A stretch of DNA of 64,000 nt from the human T2T-CHM13v2.0 reference genome, Homo sapiens. Position 1 is the first letter of the stretch. Each line of letters opens with the position of its first letter. The notes under the pieces are model-generated. The model did not search any database, was not told the origin of the DNA, and was given only the letters and a program-made list of their open reading frames with translations. Of the stretch, positions 21,282-56,041 are shown one piece after another. Made by a program: the position numbers and the translations under genes. The stretch is taken from assembly GCF_009914755.1 (NCBI RefSeq), contig NC_060944.1. The stretch is one strand, 5' to 3'.

Positions 21282-21414
21282 TTAAGACCAACTTCAACAC
21301 TTGGCAGGCCCAAACCAAATCATTACTCCCTCCACAATCTAGAGGTACTGGTTTATGTAAAAGATCAGACACGTTTTCTCCTGTATTTTACAAAAAAAAA
21401 AAAAAAACACATAC

Positions 21415-21553
21415 CTCGGGGGATAAGCACCTCCTCTCATGTTGTAGTTATAGGTGGACTGCATCCGAGAGTAAGGGTCAACAGGCTTATACATTGGTTT
21501 TTTTCCAAGTTTCATGCACAGTGCATTTAGTTCTACAGTAGGGGTTATGCTTT
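21415..21553 (-). CDS. STAU1: STAU1 exon 4 (139 nt; [47 protein letters not shown]); contains the short (55 kDa) isoform ATG at 21515
   Basis: ttcttgcag|AAAGCATAACC ... CCCGAG|gtatgt; frame continuous with exons 3 and 5; first half of the split dsRBD2. Confidence 0.95.
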
Positions 21554-22065
21554 CTGCAAGAAAGAATCGACAAAGAACTGTTTTTTTCTGGTATGAGAAT
21601 GATACTCACTAAAATAAAATGTAATAGCATGCTTTCTGCTAATTGGATTCATGATACTTTACATAAAAGGACCTGGGTGGCTCACTGCTAGGCATCAGAC
21701 AAGGAAATCCAAGAATATGCTGTGATTTCTAGATATTTATACACAGTCGACAGCACAAAATCTACTCTGAGGGTTACCAGAGGAGCCACAATTTAACCCA
21801 AGACATTATCAGTGAAAGCTATATGGTACAGCTGTCAGAAATAAGTTCCAAAACACATCAAATTTCACGATTAAAAAATCCCATGTAAATGTCCAAATTG
21901 TTTTACTGTTTGAGAATACTTAATCAATATAACCTTGGTTGTACTGATTTACAGGATTATTGGCTTGCACTCAGAAGTATGTCCGTACACAGTATTGAAC
22001 GATGCATTTATTACATTACTAACTGGATGCAAAGCACTGTGCTAAGCTTAAGAAACACAATTCCT

Positions 22066-22580
<515 letters not shown>

Positions 22581-24272
22581 AAACACAATTCCTGCCCCAG
22601 AGGAGTTCAAAAAACACAAAGCACACTCAAAGAGTTACAATACAACATGATGTGCAACTTAAAGGTGAAAAATCAGTGAGGAGGTGGCAACCCAATTCTC
22701 TTCACAGAAGTCACACAAGGCCCACAAAATATTCAGGTATTTCCATTCTTGACATTTCTAATGAATTTGACCTGTGGTCATACTTGCTACGAAAATGAGT
22801 TCCATTTTCATACACAACAAGTTATCTCAAAATTATCAACTTCAGAAAATACATGCTATTCATTTTCCAATTTTTTTTTCTTTCAGTTCATCCAATCCAT
22901 AAACCTTTAAAAACCATTTAAAAAGAAAACCAGCCTGGAAAGATTAGTGTCAGTGCACAATATTTAAAAACAACACTTTCATATCAAAAACAGAACACTA
23001 GAAATGGCAAAATCTAAATGCACATAAAAATCCACTTTAAAATGCCTCTTTAGGATGTATATAGAGAGAAATAAAAAAGACCTGATTCTGTACTATAACT
23101 GGTTCAACTAAATTTAATGCATGAATCAAATCTATAAGAATATCTTTGGGGTTTGCACAGAGGGCCACATGAATTACAGATCTCTCTCTTCCTTGCATTA
23201 GAATTATTTTTTTTACAAAATTCATATAATTGCATTTTAAGTACAGTCTGAATCATTTTAAGAGCAGCTCTGATCCACAGAATTTGTCTGCAATAGAGAA
23301 TAAACATGAAGAAAGTATACTGCAAAGAAATCAAAAGTAACAAGAAAGATGTGACTGGTAACTTCCCAGATTCCTTCCTACATACGAAGACCTGGGATGA
23401 CTTCATGCATGTGAGGGGGTCTCTGCTAAAACAGCCATTAATGACACAGCCTCCAGGTCACTGATCCCCAACCCTTCACCAGCCATGCCTTCTTGATTAG
23501 TATGCTCCCTGAATGGGCTCCTTGTCTGAGGAGATACTACCTGCCGGCTTGTATTTAAGTAATATTTACATTTTTCTCATTCTTTTTAATAACTAAGAGA
23601 CATACAACTGGCAATAAGCACTTCTGACCAACAAAATTACAATCAATATTACCACACTGACTTGATGTGACTCTAAATTAAACTTATATTCTTGCTAATC
23701 TATACACTCTTATCAAAAATATATTTTCATTAAACTTCGGAAATCTTTGAAATTATCTGGTCACCCGCCATCCTTCCTATGACCGCCTTTCCAGATTGTC
23801 AGGCGTTAAGGCATCATAGATTGGAAACCACTGCTTTACAATGAGGTTAAGGATTCCTAAAAAATAAGCATTTGTCACTGGTAGTGTAGAATCTGTGCTT
23901 TCAAAATCAACAAGTTAAGAAACCATTCATATACATACTACATGGTACCTCTAGACACACTTTTGAAAGGTACCTGTTTGGCCCATGCATAAGACCTGGA
24001 TTCCTTCCTTCGCTACCAAAAGGGCTGACTATGGGCTTAGGAAATTTTGTTCCCTCCAAAGCTTTAGCAGCAGCTGTGTGTTTGACCTTTTTAATACCAG
24101 TTCACTCAGCTCCCCATTGCTGATTTCCAAGTGTCAGCAGTACTGTAAATTCCTAGAAATGAAAAGTGTGAGCTCTCAAATTCATGAAACCTGACATTGA
24201 CTGTAATATGTCACTTGAACCTTGAACACTTTCTATGGTCATGGTTTAAGAGGCCTGGTCTTATCTTGATAA

Positions 24273-27345
<3,073 letters not shown>

Positions 27346-27504
27346 AGTTGCCTAAATGTGTCTATAAAGACACATTTCAAATAGAATTATGTTTTAAAAC
27401 AACATTTTTAAGCTAGTTTTGTGTGAGTGGTAAATACTGTTTTTCTTAAATGCTTAATTAAATGCTTAATCCTGCCTCAGCTACCCAAGTAGCCAGAATT
27501 ACAG

Positions 27505-27730
27505 CTACCATTTCTCAAGCATTTACTAGGCATTGTGCTCCACAGGTTAACATATATGCTCTCATTTAATTCTCACAATAAACCTATTTGGTGGGTATTA
27601 TCCCTGTTTTACACATGAGGAAACAACGACAACAAAAAAGTAGTAACTTGCACAAGATCACACAGCTAGTAACAAGCTGAGACTCAAACCTAGATGTGTC
27701 TGACTTCAAAGGCAACTGAACCGTATTATG
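27505..27730 (-). mobile_element. MIR
   Basis: TCTCATTTAATTCTCACAATAAACCT...ATTATCCCTGTTTTACACATGAGGAAAC...AAGATCACACAGCTAGT core. Confidence 0.75.
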
Positions 27731-28517
27731 CTACGGTGACTATTCATGTTTGTGCCTTATGTTACTTTCAGTCAAATGAAAAGAAACACTTGATTTTATT
27801 CAAGGCTTGAGGTTTGCGTGTGAAGGAAAATGAGGCAAAATGAGATAAATAACTCATCCTTAATTATATTATCTTTGCTGCAAGGTTAGGATCAGAAACA
27901 GACAGCGTCAATTCCTTATCTCTCATACTATATCATCTTACGCTACAGCTGCAAAAGACAACTCCGTATCTCCGTGTCCTTAGATGGTTGGGAAAAAAGT
28001 TAACTCCAGATATGCAAGAATTAAGTTCCAGAATGTGCTGTTAATACAGATAACAAACAAGTTTCAAAGACTGAATTATTTTTTTCCTTTCCATGTTCTA
28101 AAAAGACTGAATTCTTGAATAATGATTAGCAAATTTTAAAATTATAGTCAGACTTTCATTCTCTAAGATAAGGGGAATGACAAGGATAACTGAAACCAAA
28201 GACAATACAAAATACTCACTTTGAGACTACATGGTGAAACCCCGTCTCTACTAAAATGCAAAATTAGCCAGGCAATTGCATCTTCAAACCTTTTGCCCAG
28301 ATTGCTAACAAGTGAAAAAACTGTTTTCCCATCACCTCTTCTCCCTGCCCTAAGGTCCTTGTGCAAACAAGCAGGAGAGGAGCCAGAAGTAAGCTGCAGA
28401 CAAGAGGTGGCCCAAAGCTGGAAAACTTACGGGCAATCAATCACAGGTGCTTGAGAATTGTCTCTGTTCAGAATCCCAAACAACCATACACTATTTGGAG
28501 TTTTAAAAGCAAAATAT

Positions 28518-33115
<4,598 letters not shown>

Positions 33116-33476
33116 TGTTCTGGGAAATAATTTTAAATGCAGAATTATCCCATACAACGATGAATATCCAAGGTGGTATTTACTGCTCAATTCTTTCTGC
33201 CAGCCACCGCTCTTTAACAGATGAGGCTTTATAGTGTGAGTAGTTTTCAGCTTTCAATTCTCTTTCTCACAACCTACAATCGTCTGTCAACTGAGGCCCC
33301 TGTCAACCCCTTACACAACCAGTGTTCTATATCTGGGATAAAGAAGTGTGGGTGGTGATACTTTCTTTTGCTTTTTGAAGGTAAATGTGAGAGCTCCCTA
33401 AATCTGCAACCTATCAGATCAGAAAACAGGGTAAGAAAACATTTGAAATAGAAGACACTTGGATTCATATGCTTAC

Positions 33477-33681
33477 CTGCAGCTGCACTGGTGGATGTAA
33501 TAGATGCAGAGGGTAAAGCAGAGTTTTGAATGGGTCTACCTGCATTTTCAGAGGGCAGAGAGCTAGTAGTAGAAGGAATACTCATCAAAGGCTGTGAGAG
33601 AAGAGACTGGTTCTTGTTCAGTATTTGGCTCCCTGAGAGAGCAGCAGATGGGTTCTGAACTTGCACTTGAACTTGAGACAT
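33477..33681 (-). CDS. STAU1: STAU1 exon 3 coding part: N-terminal extension of the long (63 kDa) isoform, MSQVQVQVQNPSAALSGSQ...TSAAA
   Basis: ATG at 33681-33679 (GACCATGT). 205 nt to donor GCAG|gtaagc, phase 1, matching exon 4. Protein recognised as the Staufen1 N-terminus. Confidence 0.95.
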
Positions 33682-33765
33682 GGTCACTTTCAACAAAAGT
33701 GAACAAATGCAGGTAAACAGCTTTCAGTGCAGGTTAATTCAGTGCTATGAAGTCTAAAGTTCTAC
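33682..33765 (-). other. STAU1: 5'UTR part (84 nt) of alternative exon 3
   Basis: Long polypyrimidine tract and tag|GTAGAAC acceptor at 33765, upstream of the ATG at 33681. Confidence 0.85.
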
Positions 33766-35564
33766 CTAAAAGTTGTAAGGGAAAGAAAATAAAAAGGTAA
33801 ATTATAGAGGAGATATGTAATTGCCAATATTCAGTCAAAATGGTGTCACCTACTGACTTATGAAAATAGCTCCATTTAGCATGTAGCTATGTTGATTTAT
33901 TCGAAATATGTTTCTCCTTGGTATACAGTAAGTTTCTTGGCCTTGTGACTTTCCCACAGTGTTTTTTAAGTGATTTACAATACCTGTGTGCTCTGCATAT
34001 TCATTATACAAAGAGAATCAGTAGGGTATAATATTTATTGGTGAGTATTAAGAATTGCAAACTATAGCTTACATTCAAAAATGCAAATTTGAAAGTATGG
34101 AGAGGTTTCCATAGTAATTGGGGCACAGTAAGGTTTCTTTCTGGTCTCAAAATTACAAGAAACTGAAAGCAAACTAGGTTTATCATACCAGGAACAGGTG
34201 AATGTGAACACTGCTTCCTCTTAAGGACCAAGGCTCAGACTGACAACCTTAGGGCCTTAAGTTGACAGAAGGAAGGTAGGATACTTCTGCTGTTTCTTTT
34301 TCTTTATGGTGATGAGAGATGTATTGTTTTCCTAAAAGGCTTGTTTGAGGTCTCATTTAATTATAGAACCCAAACAAGGAAACTATCACAACCCTACCCA
34401 GGCTCACAGATCCTGAGAAGTGATGTGAGTAACAAAGACCATACTAGAGAATTTATACTATTAAAAGCAAAAGTGGAGATGAAGAAGACAGGAATGGATT
34501 TTAGACTGGCAATTTTACTGGTGTGGTTGGGTGGGGGAGCACTGGAGCTTGTTTACTTCATATTGTAAATTAAGAGAATAATGAAGGCATTACTTCTAAA
34601 TACATTAAATTTCTTCACGAGACAAAAATAAGGACAGTTGTGTTCATTTTCATGGCCATCCTTTAAAAGCTGAAAATGTTTTTAATGAGTCAAAGTACTT
34701 AAAAATAACCAGTGGCAACAAAGAACAGAAATGACAGGTCTCTCAGGAAATAGCCAACCAATGCAGAAACCAGCAAACCAACTAATTAGAAGTTCTATTA
34801 TAAAGAAACAGTTACTTTAATTTTTTTTAAGTATCAAAATGATTTTTAAAGCTGGTCCTCAAGAAAGAGATGAATGACCAGAGCAATTAAGCTACTTGAG
34901 GAGTCCTAACACATTCTCTCTTACTGAGAGCAAAAAGGACTGCAAAACTCAAAAGAAACTCAAGCGAAATGTGACTCTGGATAGCAGAGGCATAAGTATT
35001 ACCTTATTCAACAAAATTCCCCAAGAGTGCAGTTGTTCCTTTTTACTTTCAGAATCAGAACAAAATAACAGAGGCGTTCCATTGAAGATCTACATAATGG
35101 TCTTAGAAGACAAGTCGCCAGTGTCAAGAAACAAGTCCAGAACCATTCAGAAGTCAGCTATGACCTTATTTCATTGGGTTTTTTTTCCGTCAGCTGCTAA
35201 AATAGAAACACTTTTTTCCTCCTCTCTTCCCCTCTCTTCATTTATTCACTCACTCCTCCTTTTCCTGCTTTTTGTAAACTATCTTGAGAGCACTTTTTAA
35301 AACAAAAAAGTCACTTGTGTATGTACGACTTCACAACACCAACCACAGGTCTCAAGGTCAAAAAATGAGCTAGGAGTAAAGTATCTGCTCCAGAATCTAC
35401 CCCCATCCCAGAAAGAGCAACCCAACTGTGTCCTGAGTGGCTCTTAGAGTTTAAGACTCTGAATGAATGCCTAAATTTAGAAAGGGTGTGGACCAAGGGA
35501 TTTTTGGTTAATGTTCTCTAAAGCAGGCTGACTGCCAGGATTTCAAGTCAGTGATAAATTTTTA

Positions 35565-35860
35565 ATTTTTTTTTTTTTTTTCCGAGACAGAGCTTTGTCG
35601 CCCAGGCTGGAGTGCAGTGTTGCAAACTTAGCTCACTGCAACCTCTGCCTCCTGGGCTCAAGCAATTTTCCTGCCTCAGTCTCCCAAGTAGCTAGGATTA
35701 CAGGCATGAGCCACCATGCCTGGCTAGTTTTTGTATTTTTAGCAGAGACAGCATTTCGCCAGGTTGGCCAGGCTGCTCTCAAACTCCTGACCTCAGGTGA
35801 TCTGCCCACTTCAGCCTCCCAAAGTCCTGGGATTACAAGTGTGAGGCACCGCACTCTGCT
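35565..35860 (-). mobile_element. AluS
   Basis: Alu consensus. Confidence 0.88.
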
Positions 35861-36171
35861 CAAGTCAGTCATAAATATGTAAGTTTTCTAGAAGCTGAGA
35901 AAGGAATAGGCTTTTTAAATTAAGACTGCCTCAAAAATGTTACCCTTAAATTCACTTAAAGGACTTAACATCTAACAGTTGGTTGAAATATGTAGTTCAA
36001 AACAAAACAAACCAAAAAAAAAAAGTTAAACTCTCCAAATAAGACTAGGTAAATTTAAATTTCCAACATGATAAATATGAAAATGCAACAAACAATACTC
36101 ACAAATTATTAGTCACCTGCTAGTTTAAAATTTTTATGTGTCTTATTTAAGCCTGAACAGAGCATCTAAGG

Positions 36172-36330
36172 CAGTGATTCTCAAAAGGGAGCAATTTTGT
36201 TCCCCCAGGAGACATCTGCCAATGTCTGGAGACATTTTTTGGTTGTCACAACCAGTGTGCAGAATGGGGAACCTACTGATATTTAGTGGATAGAGGAGCC
36301 AGGGATACTGTTACAAGCACACATATACTA
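36172..36330. mobile_element. MER20 DNA transposon
   Basis: CAGTGATTCTCAA...GGAGACATCTGCCAATGTCTGGAGACATTTTTTGGTTGTCACAAC. Confidence 0.78.
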
Positions 36331-36434
36331 ACCCACACAATACAATCTTACTAATGTAACAAGTAGCTTATATTCTTAGACAGGAAAAGAAAATCCCCTT
36401 TCTATCTCGAAAGGCCCTAAAAAATAGATGCTAA

Positions 36435-40987
<4,553 letters not shown>

Positions 40988-41674
40988 TCACTGAGCTTTG
41001 TACAACTTCAATAATTTCCTTATGCTTCCATTTCCTCATCCTCAAAGTAGGTTAACTTGTCTACTAATTACTACCTCAGAGATATGGTACAGCAATGTGC
41101 TTTCAGCTTCTAGAGGGAAAGTGTTAAAAGCAGGAAGCAGTATTAACCCACATAGTGTATTTTGCATTGCCCTGACAAAAGACCAGAAAATCTTGAACAC
41201 TCTTAGAAAACTCCTTTTTTATCTGAATGTTCACAAGCTGCTAGTGGTCAACGAAGCTTGATTCGTAACCCTATCTCACAATAGAAAACAATGCTAAATT
41301 CGTTCTATGAGTTTGAAAATCATGTTTAACATAAACAATCTGAGAAATCAAAGGGTTTTTTTAAAAAAAGCAAACTACAAAAGATACTATGACCAAGAAG
41401 CTTATTGAGCCAGTCATGTTTAATGACAGCTTCAGTCATCAATTCTCATGTCTCTATATTTAAAGAACATAGGCTTTACATTCTTGCCAATAACTTTTCC
41501 TGTACTTACTTTCTAATTAAATCAAGAGTAAAGATGAAATTCAAACTGCATAAAATTTGTTTCTCTAATATTATAGCCAGAAGTAAAAATCATTCTCCAC
41601 ACAACTCATTAAAGAATTCAAAAGTACCACTGATTATCAACAGGCCAGAAATTATAAAGCCAAATTATATGTAC

Positions 41675-41749
41675 CTTTTTTAAAAAGAGGGCGTTCCAGG
41701 AACAATGTTGTCTTTGTTCAGTTCTGAGAGGTTAAGTGGTTAATAAACT
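41675..41749 (-). other. STAU1: STAU1 exon 2 (75 nt, non-coding)
   Basis: ttttattttccag|AGTTTATTAACCAC...TTTTTAAAAAAG|gtacat; canonical sites; recognised STAU1 5'UTR sequence. Confidence 0.88.
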
Positions 41750-41916
41750 CTGGAAAATAAAAAATAATAATAATTTAGTAGGGTAGGTCTTTTTTCTGAA
41801 ACTGAAGACATACTGCTCAAGTTTTGGGGAAACCTATAATTTACAAGTAGGGAAGACTGAAGGCATGACGTCATGGTTTGAGGCAGCATGCAGTAGAGTC
41901 TTCAAAAGACACAAGC

Positions 41917-42909
<993 letters not shown>

Positions 42910-42954
42910 TTATTCCCTGATGAGAGTAATGTGAATATCTCATAATGTTTAGGC

Positions 42955-46745
<3,791 letters not shown>

Positions 46746-47780
46746 AGATAAAAAGTAGCAAATTATAGAAAGTCCCTTATGCAAAAGAAAGCTTATTTCA
46801 CTTTTATTCTTTTTTATGTTTGGTGCTTGAATAAATTCTCAACTAAAAGGAAAATTACTATACAGAAGTAGTCACTTGCTAAACATTACAGGTTGCAAAG
46901 GTTTACTCAATGACAAACCAAAAGGAAACTTATTTGCCTAACTATATTTGACTGTCATCTAGGTAAAGGGTCATGGAGCTTTCATGAGCAGGTTGGTTCA
47001 ATTGTGCAACAAGGAAAATAAGCTTCCAAGCATAATGAGACTTATTATTACATATAAATTGTTCTTTCTGACAGAGGAAAGGACTGCCTAGCATTCTGCA
47101 TAAAATCACAATGGCTTCAGCAGACAATGGCCCTATTTGAATCAGGGTGGAATCTGCAAGGGTAGAAAATTCATGCCTCAGTTAATTGTAATCTATAGAA
47201 GGCATGGATTTCAAAACAGCAAAGATAGGAGAGAATCAGACAAGATCTAGTTAGATCCTAAAGCTCATCTCTGAAGGGAGCTAATATAGTGACAATGTAA
47301 GCAGCATTATCTGCTCACTTCATGCCAAGGGGTATTTCCAACACCTATTAGTGATTAATGAGACATGCTATGTCATTACAGACTACAGGGTAGCCTCAGT
47401 TGAGGTTAAACACAAAATGGAACTTCAGACACCATTTCACTAAAAGCTCACATCCAAAGGCAGATTTAATTTCACTGATCCAGCCTTTCAAGACTAACCA
47501 TAAGAGAAGACTGCCCAGGTGGAATACCAAAGAAGCTTCTGATTCAGATCACCGTTTCAAACAAAAGTAAAACAAAATTGTTCAGGAAGCAGTTCAATTC
47601 CAAACAGGAAGCTGTACTAAATACTCCCAACAGTATTAGCCACAAGAGGGATGTTAGAAAGGGCTAGGAAGCAAAGAGGACAACCAGCACCTATCCTATA
47701 AAGTTAATTGGAAGCTTAGTTAACTCATTTCCACTAAAGCAGAATGTTAGAATTCAGAAGAAATGAATTTTTTTTTTTAG

Positions 47781-50950
<3,170 letters not shown>

Positions 50951-51216
50951 TCTGGGATTGACTTGTGGAATCCCACAAAAAGATACCCTTTTCATGAAAG
51001 TTTCATCTTTATACTGAATTACACTCTTACTCAATCCAGTAAAAAGGCTCAAAGAAAGTTGCCCCACAAACTGAGACTACCTTGTGGTATTGGGGAGAGA
51101 GACTGGATGAAGCAGTATCCATTTTGATAACACCCAGAATGATATCAATGATCTGGACTTTAGAATGGGGATGGAGGAGAGTTCCATGAGTCATGGCCAT
51201 TTCTAAACTTAAAATA

Positions 51217-52060
<844 letters not shown>

Positions 52061-53344
52061 TAATCTGTATATACATGGACTTTCTGGCTGAAACATAAAA
52101 GAGAGCAACTTATTCTCAAGAAACTATATTTATGGTAACAATTCTCAATGCTTAAAAGTTTTACGTTAAGCTTAATGGGAAGCACTACACATTTTTAAAA
52201 ATGTGTTGTGTCCTTTCCCAGATACTAAATTGGCGTTTCTTTCCTAAATCAATTTTAAGAGGTGTATCTTTCCCCATCTTCCAGGTAGTCATAACTAAAA
52301 CATAACATGTAACATTTCCACTGTACCTGATCAAGCTCAAAGTACACCTACAAAACTCAAATAACAGACCTAAAAGCTGAAAACTATTCACGACCAGAAA
52401 TTTGAAAGTTATGCAACAAAGACATTTATAATATTTATAATATTCCTGTCAACTTCCATTGTAAGAGAGATCTTTTAGACACAAGAAAGAAAAACGTGAA
52501 CACTTATGCTGTGATTTCATACTATTCACAAAAATTAAGGTTTCATTCATATTTGCTAAATTTGTTATTTGGAAATAGGGCAGACGGGGGCACTTTGGAA
52601 AACAATTCTATGTTAGAAGATTATCTTTTGCTTAATTCTTAACCTAAGGTAACAGCAGTATCTTTACACAACTACTGTAAAGAAACATTTTAAGTTTTCA
52701 TTATGAATTATTAACTGTAGTTTAACTTTGACACAAAGTTATCTCTATTAAAGTGGGTTAAAAGGCAGGTCTCTGCCAAAACAGGACTGGGGAAATCTGT
52801 ATTTGTTCGCTTTTCAATTATAGTCATTAATAGCTCAAGAATTTTTGCTTTTGTACACAATAAAGCAGCAAGGTTGTATTTTGATTTTGAGGAGCTGAAG
52901 GCATTGGATCAAGAGTTAATTTTCTTCTTCTTTTCTGCTGTACAGAAATCATGTATAAACAGAGAAGGGAAGCCCAACAAACAAAAATGAGAACTATTAT
53001 TCTACTAAAAGTAAATTTTGTGACCTTAATCTGGGGCAATCTGGTAAAAGTCAAAATCGCTAATGTTGTGACACAATGTTTAAGATTTGTTTCAAAATAA
53101 TCTAGTTTGTGTGGGGGGATACAACATGAAACAAAACCGACCTTGGCTATGAGTTAATAATTGTCAAAGCTAAGTGAGTGACTAACACATGGGGTTCTCC
53201 ATACTATTCGAGTTTCGCATGTTTTCCAGAATAAAAGGTTTTTAAAAAATGGTATTTAAAATACCATTTCCCTATTGAAATATGCCATTGTGATATGGCA
53301 GTATTAGACATGCTTTATACTGCTTGTATAGTTGTTTGCTTATG

Positions 53345-53847
<503 letters not shown>

Positions 53848-54974
53848 TTAAATTACAAACAATGGTAAGACTGTCAGAAAATTCTAGGAAAATGTCAAAA
53901 ACAAGGAGGCCACTTTGCCGCATGTGTGTTAAGAGATGGGTATAAATCAAAATAGTTTCAGTTCACTAAGGAAATTTAATGCCTAAAACAATCCTAAGAT
54001 ACAGGAGGATCACTCAGGTAAACACACACTCCTTACTCATATAAAATTGAACACCCATAAGTTGCATTTCCTTAGAGTACACCTATAAAACTAAGTACAG
54101 AATTTTTAAAAACCCAGTATGTTTTAGTAAAGTTGCTGTTCTAAAAATCCCACCTGTCACCAGGATAACCGAAACTGCTCCCTCTACACTCCAACTGTAT
54201 TTTTAGTTTTTACCTCAACAAGTAGCAATGTAATTTACCCTTGGTAAGCACGGATTCCTGAAACGCCAAAATCAACCGGGAACCTGATTTAACTCCACCA
54301 CGCTCTTAACAATGAAAGCTACAAGCAGAAGAGAAGTGTGACCTTAAAAACTTCCACACAGCCGAAGAACAGTGGCAGAACAGACTGAAGCACGTATCTT
54401 CGCGGAACAGAAGAAAACTTCCACACAAGCAATACTGCAACACGGAGGCGGGGCAAGGGCTTAAAAGGAAAGTCAGCCAACAGGGAGGGGTGAATATAAG
54501 CAAAGCTTCCGTGAAAAAAAACTTATCGAGGTGTAGAGCAAGACAAGACAGACAAATTTTTCCATCTCCGTACACCCCCCTTCAGAGCCCAACACACAGC
54601 AAGTGCTCTAGATAGGTTTGCTCAACTCAAGGGAAGCTTCTGCCAGCAACTTTCCCAGAAATGGAATGACAAGAAGAAGCTGGATGATGGCGGGGCGGGG
54701 GGAAATGGACAGGTTGCTCATCCTGCGGGAGATGGTGAATATCCTGCAGTTGCCTAAGCGGAGATGGAAAGAAACAGCATCCATCGTTTACAGACTGTCA
54801 ACTACAGTGTCCCAATTAAGCGTACGCCCCTTTCAGATGTTAACAACTGAAAACAATGCCCTGGCTCTGGACATGGGCACGCGGAACACTGCAGCCTCTA
54901 AGAAACCCAAACGGATAGGTAGGTCAACTTCTATCCACTCTGCCCATTAAATTATACCTTCATATCACGCTAAT

Positions 54975-55195
54975 AAATTATGCAGACGGTTTACTGGGAC
55001 ACGCTGTGGGTCTGGCACTCTGATAAGCGCTTTACACGCCCCATTTCACTGAACCTTAAGAGGCAGGGACGGTATTAGCAGCCCCTTTTCCAACCAAGAC
55101 ACAAAGACTTTTTAAGTGTCTTGCCTAACGGGGCAGAGCCGGGTTTGGCACCCGTTTTGGACACCTGGGCCGTGCTCTTAACCACTAAGCTACAG
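54975..55195 (-). mobile_element. MIR at the CpG-island edge
   Basis: TAAGCGCTTTACAC...TTAAGTGTCTTGCCTAA...GGCAGAGCCGGGTTTG...GTGCTCTTAACCACTAAGCTA. Confidence 0.6.
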
Positions 55196-55592
55196 ACCTG
55201 GGCCGGCGACACTGAGAGGCTCCAGCCCTCGGGGACCTGAAGCAGGGACCCCCCCCCTCCCCCCCGCCTGCGCCCCAGCCCCGGGAATAACTTCGGCATC
55301 CCCGCGCGCGCCATGCGGGACGAGGAAAGGCGGCCGCAGCACCTGTTTGTGGCACCGGTGAGGGCTGGAGGGGATGGGGGCGCCCGGGGCCAGGCCTCAG
55401 GGCGCCCCGAGGCGAGGGAACGCAAGAGGACCCGCCTCCTCCGGGAAGGCCCCGCGGGCTAGAGAGAGGCCCGGGAGAAGGCGGAGGGGTGCGCGGGCCC
55501 GCCGAGGCCTAGGCCCCACCCGCCGCCCACCTCCCCACCGCGGCGGCGCCCGCGAGGGCCCCACCAGGCCCGGCCCGGCCCGGCCGCCTCAC

Positions 55593-55843
55593 CTGGCTGC
55601 TGCTCCGAGCTCGTCCCCCGGCCGGCGGTCCTGGGCGGTGGCGGCGAGGAGGGGAAGGAAGAAGGAAAAAAGGGAGAGGAAGAAGGGACGAAGGGAGGGA
55701 AGAGGCGGAGTGGCCGTGGAGGAGGCGGGCGCCGCCGGGCCGGGGGGGGAGGCGGTCAAAGGAAGCGGGAGCCGAGAGAGACGCGGCAGCCGCCGGCGCA
55801 AACGCTGAAGAGCCGCTCAGGCGCCCGCAGCCCGGCAGGAAGT
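55593..55843 (-). other. STAU1: STAU1 exon 1 (non-coding, GC- and pyrimidine-rich 5'UTR); TSS approximate
   Basis: Lies in the CpG island. Minus strand reads ACTTCCTGCCGGGCTGCGGG...GCAGCCAG|gtgagg with a canonical donor (GT at 55592-55591) and no ATG. Matches my recollection of the STAU1 mRNA 5' end. Confidence 0.85.
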
Positions 55844-55847
55844 GACG
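55836..55847 (+). promoter_or_regulatory. ETS site overlapping a CRE half-site (CAGGAAGTGACG)
   Basis: GGAAGT abuts TGACG at the inferred TSS. Confidence 0.55.
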
Positions 55848-56041
55848 GGGGAGGGGCAGGCGCCCGCCCCCGGCCCCCGCCCGCCTCCAGGCCCGGCCCC
55901 GGCCCCACCCCCACCCACGGTCCGAACCACAAGTTCCGGCTGGCACTGCGGCGGAGCCTGCGCTCGCAAGGCACGCCGGGGGCCCAGCGGGAGGAGCGCC
56001 CTGTCCCGCCTGGACCGCAGCGGCCCGCCCTGAGTCCCGGG

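Noticed and set aside
33274-33696. 140-aa ORF as a single-exon gene
   Set aside because: Only 33477-33681 is STAU1 exon 3. The rest is read-through past a consensus GCAG|gtaagc donor, and the track start is a non-ATG codon upstream of the real ATG.
34896-35300. 134-aa plus-strand ORF in unique intronic DNA
   Set aside because: Non-ATG start, no recognisable homology, and a length compatible with chance.
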